Source of the DNA: Acidobacteriota bacterium
Lineage (GTDB): Bacteria > Acidobacteriota > Thermoanaerobaculia > Multivoradales > UBA5704
DNA length: 29,050 nt
Direction: 5' to 3'
NCBI GenBank assembly: GCA_040005235.1
Contig: JBDTZG010000062.1
Span: forward strand, 1 to 29,050
The translations under genes and the position numbers were made by a program. The notes beneath the pieces were generated by a model. The model was not told where the DNA came from and searched no databases. It was given only the letters and a program-made list of their open reading frames with translations. Shown here piece after piece: positions 8,150 to 16,735 of this stretch (position 1 is the first letter of the stretch; each line of letters begins with the position of its first letter).

Positions 8150-8506
8150 ATGACCGAACCGCTCACCTCTTCGACGGAAGCCCCTTCAAAATCGGCGCCG
8201 CAGATCTCCGAGGCCCTGGGCCTCCATCGCCTCAAGGCCGAGCGGATTCAGCTCGCCTTGCTTGAGCTTCCCGGCTGGGTTTTGGGGGCGGAAGCAGAGT
8301 CCATCACCCGCTTCTACGCACTGCCGACGGAAGAGGCGGCGGTCATCCTGTTGTGCCTGATCGCCGAGCTTTCCCGCGCTCAGGGGCACGAGGCGAAGCT
8401 ACTGATCTTCGGGCGGCACCTGACCGTCACCCTTTCGAGCCCCGAGAGCCGCGGCGTCACCGAGGCCGATCTCGACTTGGCGCGGCAGATCTCGTTTGCG
8501 GCGTAA
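8150..8506 (+). CDS. Pterin-4a-carbinolamine dehydratase (PCD/DCoH)-fold protein, probably non-catalytic
   Basis: AAGGAG RBS; LPGW...ITRFY...AELSRAQGH...LTVTLSSPESRGVTEADLDLARQI follows the PCD pattern, but HHP is replaced by GHE and the LxTH His is absent. Confidence 0.72.
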   Translation: MTEPLTSSTEAPSKSAPQISEALGLHRLKAERIQLALLELPGWVLGAEAESITRFYALPTEEAAVILLCLIAELSRAQGHEAKLLIFGRHLTVTLSSPESRGVTEADLDLARQISFAA

Positions 8507-8567
8507 GTCGAATGAATCTCGTGGTTAGCGAACCACCCGACGACGCGGGCCGCACTGCCGGCGGCGA

Positions 8568-8903
8568 TCTTCGTTCGTCCGGCGGCCATCGCCGAGGGGT
8601 TGGCGACCGTCGCCGGCCTAATGGCGGCCGTCGCCATGGTGTCGTCGGCCATCGCCGACTGAATGTCGATCACCGCCATGGAGTTGTCGGCCATCGCCGC
8701 CCAATTGTCGATTATCGACATTGGGTTGTCGGCGGTCGCCGACCGATTGTCGATCATCGCCATTGGGTTGTCGGTCATCGCCAACCGATTCGCCGTCATC
8801 GCCATTCGGTGGTTTGCGATCGCCGTAGCCTCGGCGATCGTCGCCTGAAGATCGGTGTCCTTCGCCGAACCGTCTCGCCGGATCGCCGCGAGGCCGCGCT
8901 TCC
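8568..8903. repeat. Degenerate 21-bp tandem array (about 15-16 units) with 42-bp alternation in the centre
   Basis: TCGCC (or a 1-mismatch variant) recurs exactly every 21 nt at 8589, 8610, 8631, 8652, 8673, 8694, 8715, 8736, 8757, 8778, 8799, 8820, 8841, 8862 and 8883. Central units alternate between TCGCCATTGGGTTGTCGGYCA-like and TCGCCGACCGATTGTCGATCA-like. Confidence 0.9.
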
Positions 8904-8981
8904 ATCAAGAGCGTCAGATGCATCTCACCCGGTGCCGGCAAGCCGCCGTCACCTTTCAGTACGTCGCAGAAAGGAGTCGCG

Positions 8982-9389
8982 ATGAACGCTTCGGAATCCC
9001 TGGCCGAACGCATACGTGATTGGGAGAAGTTGGTGAATTCGGTCGGGACGTTGCTCGCGGAAGTACCCCTTTTCGCCGAGCCGCACGCGCAGTTTGCCGA
9101 GTTGGTCGAGGACGTCAAGGCGCATGCCGATCGCGAGCAGGTACTTCGCGGTCAGGCTGCTATGTCGGTCTCTCGGCGCAAGACGCTGGAAGTGGCGACC
9201 CGTGCCGCCAGAGCCAGGCTGGTGGCTTCGATGCGCGGTCATTTCGGGACCCAACACGAAAGGCTGCTGGAATTCGACATCGCGATCGGTAAACCCGGTC
9301 GTCGCGCCAAGGCCGCTCAGGCCGCGCAAGTCCTGGCGCCGACGGGGCCGACGCCGGATCAGCCGGTGGCGGCTCCCGCCAGAGCGTGA
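8982..9389 (+). CDS. Hypothetical all-helical protein (135 aa)
   Basis: AAAGGAG RBS; amphipathic helices; motif RGHFGTQHERLLEFDI followed by a basic/Pro-rich tail. Confidence 0.75.
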   Translation: MNASESLAERIRDWEKLVNSVGTLLAEVPLFAEPHAQFAELVEDVKAHADREQVLRGQAAMSVSRRKTLEVATRAARARLVASMRGHFGTQHERLLEFDIAIGKPGRRAKAAQAAQVLAPTGPTPDQPVAAPARA

Positions 9390-9404
9390 GGTTGAAGTGA
9401 AGTC

Positions 9405-9441
9405 CCCGGGGGAGAGGGCGGTTCCTTTCCCCCGGGTGTTT
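9405..9441 (+). terminator. Hairpin, probable terminator or attenuator
   Basis: CCCGGGGGAGAGG-GCGGTT-CCTTTCCCCCGGG (13-bp stem with one G-U pair) followed by TGTTT. Confidence 0.55.
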
Positions 9442-9494
9442 GCCGAACGCAAAGTTCATTGCATTGAACCTGTGCATCTCTAGGAGAATGGGAA

Positions 9495-10079
9495 ATGTCC
9501 AGCTCGAACGAGGCCCGGCGTAGTGCCGCGCGGGCGAATGCATTCCGAGACGGTTTCCTCGACCGATTGTTGGCTCGGGACGACGACGAAGACCCCGGCG
9601 ATGAGGATCCCGAGCGGGCCGGCGACTGGCAGGTTCACGAGATCGAAGGGCGCTATGTCCTGCTGCGCGACTGGGAGCGCCCGGGACTCGATGCCGAGGC
9701 CTGCTGGTTCCACGCGCCGGCACACGCGCACCTCGCGGTCGCCGCTCTCGCTGCGGCGGCCCGCGGCGCGACGTTCTCCTTCGGGCCGGAAACGACCGCA
9801 GGGACGTTTCCCATCCAGCGGTCCGACGGGGGAGCGCTCACGGTCATTGGAGAAAGCCGGTGGTTCGATTCGGATTTCCTCGAATCGCTGCACGCGCTGG
9901 AGATGTCGCGCCGGAGTCCGCGGGCGTTGGCCTACCTTCTCCAGGCGGCCAGCGGGCCGACGATCGAGACGGCGGGCCGAATCCTAGAACGCCGGATCGG
10001 TCGAGATTTGGAGAGTCCGAAACGACCGCCCGCTGTCGCGGTAGACTCTGACGTCGCGCCAGACAGCGAAGAGCCATGA
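9495..10079 (+). CDS. Hypothetical protein (194 aa)
   Basis: TAGGAG RBS; globular-looking sequence (NAFRDGFLDRL...AGDWQV...RSPRALAYLLQAASG); co-oriented with its neighbours. Confidence 0.72.
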   Translation: MSSSNEARRSAARANAFRDGFLDRLLARDDDEDPGDEDPERAGDWQVHEIEGRYVLLRDWERPGLDAEACWFHAPAHAHLAVAALAAAARGATFSFGPETTAGTFPIQRSDGGALTVIGESRWFDSDFLESLHALEMSRRSPRALAYLLQAASGPTIETAGRILERRIGRDLESPKRPPAVAVDSDVAPDSEEP

Positions 10080-10099
10080 CCCGGAGGTAAGGTACTGCG

Positions 10100-10678
10100 A
10101 TGAGACGACCCGACGAAGAGATCCGCGCGCGCCAACAGCTGGCCATGGTGGTACGCATGAGCGGCATCACGCACAAAGACATCGATTCCGCGCTCGACTG
10201 GTGCCGCGGAACGACCAGCCAGCTGCTCAAAGGGCGTACCGAGCTGAAGATGCGCCACATCCTCGACATCCTGGACGTGTGCAAGGTCCCGTCGTTCCAC
10301 TACTTCATGACCGTCTTTCGCCCGGCGAGCGCGGCCATTCCGAAATCCAATCTGCGCTGGCCGGAGGTCGGGGAGGTGCCGTTCGCGAACATGGTGGCCG
10401 AGCTCGCCGGCTTCGGCTTTCCACCGCCCGAGCAGCGGACGCTGCCGCCGCCGGAGCCCGACGGGGCGGCGCGTCTGCAGCAGCTGTTTCACGAGTTGGC
10501 CGACCGCCTGCCGCAGCTCGTGGCCTTGCAGAAGGAGCCGGCGCCGAGCGGGCCGCAGGCGCCCGCCGCTCCTCCTACCGCAAGCGCGGCGAAAGCGGAG
10601 CCGAAGCCGGCCGCAGGCGCGAATCGAAGCAAGAAGCCGGGCAAGGGCGGGCGGCCGACGAATAAGACCAAGAGCTGA
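10100..10678 (+). CDS. XRE/Cro-family helix-turn-helix regulator with low-complexity C-terminal tail
   Basis: GGAGG RBS; VVRMSGITHKDIDSALDWCRGTTSQLLKGRTELKMRHILDILDVCKVPSFHYF matches the HTH_XRE pattern. Confidence 0.82.
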   Translation: MRRPDEEIRARQQLAMVVRMSGITHKDIDSALDWCRGTTSQLLKGRTELKMRHILDILDVCKVPSFHYFMTVFRPASAAIPKSNLRWPEVGEVPFANMVAELAGFGFPPPEQRTLPPPEPDGAARLQQLFHELADRLPQLVALQKEPAPSGPQAPAAPPTASAAKAEPKPAAGANRSKKPGKGGRPTNKTKS

Positions 10679-10693
10679 TGACGACAGTTTGAG

Positions 10694-10773
10694 CCGAGCA
10701 AGATTTCGATAGCGGGCCGCACCGGATCGCCATACCCTCGACGGATTAGCTGTAGTTGTCGGGAGGACGTTCG
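10694..10773 (+). promoter_or_regulatory. Upstream regulatory element copy 1 (20-bp motif, TAnnnT box, RBS)
   Basis: CCGAGCAAGATTTCGATAGC at 10694-10713 is identical to 18483-18502; TACCCT at 10733; TCGGGAGGACGTTCG immediately before the ATG. Confidence 0.7.
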
Positions 10774-13700
10774 ATGGCGGTCTTGGGATTGCGGTCTTTC
10801 GTGGGTCGCCTTGGCCTGGTGGCGGTCCTGTTGGCAGGCGTGTGTTTTGAGGGACGTGCGGCGGCGCAGACGGTTTCTTTTCCTGCCACAGCCGACACCT
10901 ACTTGCGCCAAGGCTCGGCGAACCAGAACAACGGGCAGGACACCCTGCTGCACGTTCAGCAGAGCGGCCACAACCGCGTTCTCGTCGCGATGGATTCCGC
11001 GGCGATCGCGGCGGCGGTGGGCTCGGGCTCGCTCGCCTCGGCGACGTTGGAGCTTTATGTCAGCAACAGCAGCGGCTGGGGCACGGCGGGCCGGACGGTC
11101 GATCTCCATCGGATGACCACGACTTGGACCGAGAACGGCGCCACCTGGAATTGCGCGCTCGATTCGATTCCGACCAACAGCCAACCGAACTGCGCGACCC
11201 AGTGGGACGGCGGCAAGTTCGATGACGAGGCGAGCGATTCGGTCCTTCACGTCAATACGACGAGCGGCTTCGTCGAGTGGAACGTCACGGACGACGTGCG
11301 CGCATTCATCGGCGGCACGCCGAACTACGGTTGGCTCGCGAAGCTTTCGGACGAAACTCTGGGTGGCAACGTCGACTACGCATCGCGCCAGGCGGGTACT
11401 GCCGCACAAAGACCGCGGCTGGTTCTGGTGGTCGAGAGCCCCGCTTTCGATCAGGTGCCGCCTTCGATTTCAATCACCACGCCCGCACACCCGTTCGTGA
11501 TCAACGACACGACCCCGGCGATCTCCGTCTCTTATGCCGACGGCGGCAGCGGCATTGCGACCGCGACGCTCGACGTGAAGGTGGACGGAACGGCGGCGGT
11601 CTGCACTGCGAGCGCCTCGTCGGCCACCTGCGAGCCGACGTCGCTCGCCGAAGGGACGCATGCGATCACGGCGACGGTGCGGGACGCGGCAGGCAATTCG
11701 GCCTCGGCGACCCGCGGCTTCACGCTGTTGATCGGCCCCGGCCTGCGCAGCGCCACGTTTTCCGCGACCGCCGACACGATGCTCAAGAAAAGCTCGGCGA
11801 ATCAGAACTTCGGCGGCGACCTGACGCTCAGATTGCGGCAAAGCGGCAAGAACCGCTCGCTCGCGCGCTTCGACGCGGCGGAGATCGCTCAGACGATCGG
11901 CCAAGGAACGCTCCGTTCGGCGAGCCTGGAGCTACAGGTCGGCAACAGCAGCGGCTGGGGAAAGACCGGTCGCATGGTGGATGCGCATCGCCTGACCGCG
12001 GACTGGACGGAGGCTGAAGCGACCTGGAACTGTGGGATCGACACGATCCCGACCAACAGCCAGGCGAACTGCACCACCCAGTGGGCGGGCGGCACGTTCC
12101 AGGCGACCCCGACCTCGACCGTGGTGCATACCAACGGCCAGACCGGCACGGTAGCGTTCGAGGTGACGCCGGACGTGGCCGCGCTGGTGGCCGGGACCTC
12201 CCCCTACGGCTGGCTGATCAAGAAGAGCGACGAGACGAGGAGCGGCAAAGCCGACTACGCCGCGCGCGAGGCGGGCGCACCGAACGCGGCACGGCTGGTG
12301 GTGCTGTTCGAGGTGCCGGGCAGCGGCGACACGACGCCGCCCTTCCTCCACCTCGAGGCGCCGAGCACGGATCTCCTGTTCAACCAGCCGCGGCCGACGA
12401 TCCGGCTGTCGTTCCTCGACACCGACTCCGGGATCGATCCTTCGAGCCTCAAGATCACGGTCGATGGCGTCGCGGTTACTGCCGGTTGCACCACGACCGA
12501 GAGCGGGGCCGTCTGTCTTCCTGCTGCCGACCTCTCGGCGGGGGATCACGCCCTGCGAGCCGAGGTGAAGGACCGGGCCGGGAATCTCACCCAAGCCGGG
12601 CTCGACCTCCAGATCGTGCTCGATTCACTCGCGCCGAACCTGGCGTTGATCGAAAACCCCGAGCGGTTCGAAGGAGAGCCGGGAACGCTCCTGATCCAAC
12701 TCACCGACGCCGGTTCCGGGATCGATCCAGCGACGTTTTCGGCGACGCTTGCCGGCCAGCCGCTCTCCGACTGCTCGGTAGGCGAGGATCTCGCGATCTG
12801 CCAGGTCGCACCGCGCGCGGCAGGCCAGCTTCCCCTTGTGGCCGAGGTCCGCGACCTCGCGGGCAACGTCGGCCGGCTGGAGACGACGATCGAGATCCTC
12901 GCCGAGCGCGGCCTGCCCACGCTCGCGATTGTCGTGCCGCTTCCCGGGCCGCTCTTCGGCGCCCACCTGCCGGCGATCGAGCTGGCCTATTCCGACGCCG
13001 TTTCCGGCATCGATCCGGCGTCGCTCGATGTCTCGGTGGATGGCGCCTCGATCGCCGCGGAGTGTACCGTGCGCTCGGACGGAGCGAACTGCCCGTCGCG
13101 CGCTCTGGCGCCTGGCCCGCATACCGTGGCGGCGGAGATCTCCGACCACTCGGGCAACCGGCGACGGGCCGAGGTCGAAGTCGATCTATCGGTGGCGCTC
13201 GACGTCGCGATCACCTCGCCGGCGGGCGGCACGATCGTGCGCGAGCCGACCGTGCGGCTCGAAGGGACGGTCTCGCCCCTCGCGACCTCGGTGGAGGTGG
13301 CGGGGGTACCGGCGCAGTTGGGAGCAGGAACCTGGGTCGCGCCAGCGGTGCCCATCCGCGAAGGGGGCAACACCCTGACCGCCGTCGCGCGCTCAAGCGA
13401 GGGTGGCGTCGGCACCGCGACGGTCGCGGTGATCCGCGATTCCGAGGCGCCGCGCGTGGCGATCCTCACGCCGCACGACGGCTTCGTCACCAGCGCCTCG
13501 CAGATCGTGGTCTCGGGCGACCTCGTCGACTCGGTCTCAACCTCTTCCAAACAGCGCGCGCTCAGAGTTCGGGTCAACGAGCACGAAGCGGTGGTCGAAC
13601 GGAAGAGCTTCGTGCTCACCGACCTTCTCCTGGTGCCGGGCGAGAACCGGATCGAAGTGACGGCGGAGGACGAAGCCGGCAACGTCGGCCGTTCCGCCAT

Positions 13701-16700
13701 CACCGTCCGCTTCGTGCCGGACGCGGTGGCGCGGATCGAAGAGATCTCGGGCAACTTCCAAGAAGCGGAGATTAGCGACACGCTCGGCCAGCCGCTGGTG
13801 GTGCGGATCGTCGATTTCCTCGGCCGCCCGCTCGCCGGCAGGACGGTCGATTTCGCGGTCACCCGCGGCGATGGTTCGCTGCTCTCCTTCCCCGATGCGG
13901 CGCGCCACCTCTCGGGCGTCACCAACGAGGAAGGGCTTGCGGCGATGCGCTTCGCGCTCGGCACGAGAGCCGGGGCGGGTAATCAAGAGGTGACGGTCAG
14001 CTCGGTTGGCATTCCGGGTTCCGTCCTGTTCTGCGCTTCCGCCCGACCGAAGCCGGCCAAGCAGGTGCAACCGATCGCCGCGACCGACTTTCAGGGCGCG
14101 AAGACCGGCCCGGCGGGGCAAGCCTTGCCCAAGCCGCTGTTCGTCCAGGTGTTCGACGGCTTCGGCAATCCGGTGGCGGGCCAGGAGGTCATTTTCCGTT
14201 CGGTCGAAGGGGGAGGAACGTTTGCCGGCGCACTTGAGACGCGGGTCACGACCGACGACGAAGGCAAAGCGGGCGCGGTCTTCACCCTCGATCCCGACGA
14301 AGGGATCAACAACAACCGGGTGGAGGTGAACTTCGACGGTGCCACGGATCCGCCCGCGCGGTTCATCATCAGCGGCCTGATTCCCGGGCCGGCGGAGCTG
14401 ACCGCGATGGCCGGAGTCGTGCTCGATCCGAGCGACGCTCCGGTGCCGGGCGCGCGCATTCACATCGGATCGAACGAGACGCGGACCGACGCCGAAGGTC
14501 GCTTCCGGTTGAACGGCGTGCCGGTGGGCACGGTCCACGTCGAGATCGACGGCTCGACGGTGACCCGTCCGGGGACCTGGCCGCCGCTCGGCTACGAGCT
14601 GGTGATGATCTCCGGCCGAGTGAACGAGCTGGGCAAGCCGATGCGCCTGCCGCAGATCGACGACGCGGGCAAGAAACACGTGGGCGGCGATCAGGACGTG
14701 ACGATCCCGATCCACGGGGTGGCGGGCGCCATGATGACGGTGTTCGCCCATTCGGTAACCTTCCCCGACGGCAGCCACGAAGGCTACGTGGCGTTCACCC
14801 AAGTTCCCGCACAGAAGGTGCCGATGGTGGCGCCGCAGAACGCGGGCTTCATGCTGGCCTGGACGATCCAGCCGGCGGGGGTGCATTTCGATCCTCCGGC
14901 GCGGGTGTCGATCCCGAACTTCGGCGTGCCGGGCGGCGGCGGCAATCCGCCCGGATTGACCGGTGAGATCTTCTCGTTCGACCACGACCTGGGCGAGTTC
15001 GTGAGCGCCGGCACGGCATCGATCACGGAAGACGGCATGATGATGATGTCGAACCCGGGGATGGGAATTTCGAAGGCCGGCTGGGGTGGCTGCCCGCACC
15101 CGCCCGCGCCACCGGCCCAAGCGTGCGACGGCGGGAAGTGTACGGTCTGCCCGATCGGTGGAGGGCCGCCGGTCTCCAGATGTGCCACCTGCTCGGTCTG
15201 CTCGGGAGAGGGGTGCCTGCCGGAGACCCTGGAAGGCGAAGAGGCGGACGTGGAGGAAGACCCGCCGATGGATGAGCCGGCCGCAGGATTGGTGCGCGCG
15301 GCGGGAGGGCCGAAACGGGTGTCGCTCAACCGGCCGGCGACCTTTTTCGCCAAGAAGCGGGCGCCGGTGCCGAATTTCTGCACCCATCCGCATTACGTCT
15401 GGGACTTCGGCGATCACCAGACGGCGATGGGGAGATTCGTCACGCACGCCTACCAGAAACCGGGCCCCTTCACCGCCACGCTCACCCTTACCTGCCAGGG
15501 GTGCGACGTGGCAAGGGTGGAGAGAACGGTTGCCGTGCAGGTCGAGGGGACGATCGATTTCGAACCGGATCTCGCGATCGCGTCCAACCAGCTGCCGAGC
15601 CTCGAGTGCAACACCTTGCCTCCGCGAGTTGGCCCGCCGCGCAGCGCGAGCAACATTCCGATGATCCTCGGCGCCCAAAGTGGGGACGAGGCGTCGCTCG
15701 TCGTGCACCAGAAAGTCAGCCACAGGGAGGCGGCCGCCATCGCCTACGTCGGGATCCGGCCGATGGGTGGGGGCGAGATCGTCAAATCGGTCAAGGCGGC
15801 CGGCAGCAAGTTGCCGACCGAGATCCGTTTCAACAGCGGACCGGTCTTCGAAAAGGTTTACGAGGTGGTGGTGGGGTTCGACCAGGACGGTTCGGGCGAC
15901 CTCGACGAGGACGAGGTCGAGAAAGCCTATCCCCAGGGCTTCCGCGTGATCGGCGGCGGCGAGTATCTCGAATCGTTCAACGATTTTCAAAACCAAAGGC
16001 GACTCTTCCCGATCGACGGCATCGGCTATGAGCTGACGGGTTTCTTCCTCAATGCCAGCGTTCCCGCCGGTTCCGGCCCTCCCGGCACGACGCAGGTGGA
16101 CTTCTACAACAATGCCTTCGGGATCAGCCACCCCACGGGCGCGGATTGGCAGGCCAACTGCACCGCGAGCGTGCCGAACGTGGTGTACGCGCCGTCGAGC
16201 TCGTTCTCTTCCCGCTTCGGCATGACGAGCACGGTTTCGCGTAAGGCGGCGACGGATTTCCTGATTCGTCACCGCACCGAGATCGCCACTTTTCTAATCA
16301 CCCATCCGGTAGCCGTCGAAAGCTACATCCAGCTCTCGGGGGCCGACCTGGGCGACGGCAGTTACCAGGCCGAGGTGAATTCGTCCGATTGGGACAAGTT
16401 CGTCACCGCCGAGCGCGACTTCTTCCTTGCTTTCGGCAAGGTAAGCGTGACGGGGCGCGTAAACTCGGTCACTCTCTACCGGAACTTCAGGGGGGATCTG
16501 GTGTTGAACGAGATGGATTTCGGCGGCGGCATCACCGACACCGTGGACTACAACGTCAAGGCGACGCTCCATGGGGTTCCGATCACCAAACCGGCGGCGG
16601 AGCTGCAGGCGGGCGCGCCGACCCTCGGCGCGTCCGGCGCGATCTTCCGCGACGCTTTGACGTTTGCGAACGTCAAGGTGATTCCGGCGCAGTTCGGCTT

Positions 16701-16722
16701 GATCTATCTGCCCGGCCTCTAG
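10774..16722 (+). CDS. Giant Sec-exported multidomain protein A (1982 aa): 2 DNRLRE domains, Ig-like repeats, carboxypeptidase-regulatory-like domain, Cys-rich hinge, PKD, unique C-terminal tip; candidate polymorphic toxin
   Basis: Signal peptide ending RAAA|Q; two ADT.L....N.N.G....L...R....D...SA.LEL...HR.T..WTE..ATWN...PRLV domains; D.GSGID..S...C...C...L..G.H...D.AGN Ig repeats; GVVLDPSDAPVPGARI; PKD WDFGD...VTHAY.KPG.F. Confidence 0.85.
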   Translation: MAVLGLRSFVGRLGLVAVLLAGVCFEGRAAAQTVSFPATADTYLRQGSANQNNGQDTLLHVQQSGHNRVLVAMDSAAIAAAVGSGSLASATLELYVSNSSGWGTAGRTVDLHRMTTTWTENGATWNCALDSIPTNSQPNCATQWDGGKFDDEASDSVLHVNTTSGFVEWNVTDDVRAFIGGTPNYGWLAKLSDETLGGNVDYASRQAGTAAQRPRLVLVVESPAFDQVPPSISITTPAHPFVINDTTPAISVSYADGGSGIATATLDVKVDGTAAVCTASASSATCEPTSLAEGTHAITATVRDAAGNSASATRGFTLLIGPGLRSATFSATADTMLKKSSANQNFGGDLTLRLRQSGKNRSLARFDAAEIAQTIGQGTLRSASLELQVGNSSGWGKTGRMVDAHRLTADWTEAEATWNCGIDTIPTNSQANCTTQWAGGTFQATPTSTVVHTNGQTGTVAFEVTPDVAALVAGTSPYGWLIKKSDETRSGKADYAAREAGAPNAARLVVLFEVPGSGDTTPPFLHLEAPSTDLLFNQPRPTIRLSFLDTDSGIDPSSLKITVDGVAVTAGCTTTESGAVCLPAADLSAGDHALRAEVKDRAGNLTQAGLDLQIVLDSLAPNLALIENPERFEGEPGTLLIQLTDAGSGIDPATFSATLAGQPLSDCSVGEDLAICQVAPRAAGQLPLVAEVRDLAGNVGRLETTIEILAERGLPTLAIVVPLPGPLFGAHLPAIELAYSDAVSGIDPASLDVSVDGASIAAECTVRSDGANCPSRALAPGPHTVAAEISDHSGNRRRAEVEVDLSVALDVAITSPAGGTIVREPTVRLEGTVSPLATSVEVAGVPAQLGAGTWVAPAVPIREGGNTLTAVARSSEGGVGTATVAVIRDSEAPRVAILTPHDGFVTSASQIVVSGDLVDSVSTSSKQRALRVRVNEHEAVVERKSFVLTDLLLVPGENRIEVTAEDEAGNVGRSAITVRFVPDAVARIEEISGNFQEAEISDTLGQPLVVRIVDFLGRPLAGRTVDFAVTRGDGSLLSFPDAARHLSGVTNEEGLAAMRFALGTRAGAGNQEVTVSSVGIPGSVLFCASARPKPAKQVQPIAATDFQGAKTGPAGQALPKPLFVQVFDGFGNPVAGQEVIFRSVEGGGTFAGALETRVTTDDEGKAGAVFTLDPDEGINNNRVEVNFDGATDPPARFIISGLIPGPAELTAMAGVVLDPSDAPVPGARIHIGSNETRTDAEGRFRLNGVPVGTVHVEIDGSTVTRPGTWPPLGYELVMISGRVNELGKPMRLPQIDDAGKKHVGGDQDVTIPIHGVAGAMMTVFAHSVTFPDGSHEGYVAFTQVPAQKVPMVAPQNAGFMLAWTIQPAGVHFDPPARVSIPNFGVPGGGGNPPGLTGEIFSFDHDLGEFVSAGTASITEDGMMMMSNPGMGISKAGWGGCPHPPAPPAQACDGGKCTVCPIGGGPPVSRCATCSVCSGEGCLPETLEGEEADVEEDPPMDEPAAGLVRAAGGPKRVSLNRPATFFAKKRAPVPNFCTHPHYVWDFGDHQTAMGRFVTHAYQKPGPFTATLTLTCQGCDVARVERTVAVQVEGTIDFEPDLAIASNQLPSLECNTLPPRVGPPRSASNIPMILGAQSGDEASLVVHQKVSHREAAAIAYVGIRPMGGGEIVKSVKAAGSKLPTEIRFNSGPVFEKVYEVVVGFDQDGSGDLDEDEVEKAYPQGFRVIGGGEYLESFNDFQNQRRLFPIDGIGYELTGFFLNASVPAGSGPPGTTQVDFYNNAFGISHPTGADWQANCTASVPNVVYAPSSSFSSRFGMTSTVSRKAATDFLIRHRTEIATFLITHPVAVESYIQLSGADLGDGSYQAEVNSSDWDKFVTAERDFFLAFGKVSVTGRVNSVTLYRNFRGDLVLNEMDFGGGITDTVDYNVKATLHGVPITKPAAELQAGAPTLGASGAIFRDALTFANVKVIPAQFGLIYLPGL

Positions 16723-16735
16723 GTCCGCGACGACG

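Noticed and set aside
8380-8805. Minus-strand Met-rich heptad ORF (MAMTANRLAMTDNPM...)
   Set aside because: Antisense to the operon, has no RBS and runs into the PCD-like gene; most likely a by-product of the repeat, though not strictly excluded.
8568-8903. 21-bp array as a CRISPR array
   Set aside because: There are no 23-47-nt constant repeats with unique spacers; the period is only 21 nt, the units are mutually related, and no cas genes are present.
6985-10678. Prophage or integrative element (XRE plus hypothetical genes)
   Set aside because: No integrase, att/tRNA site, replication gene or structural gene is recognisable.
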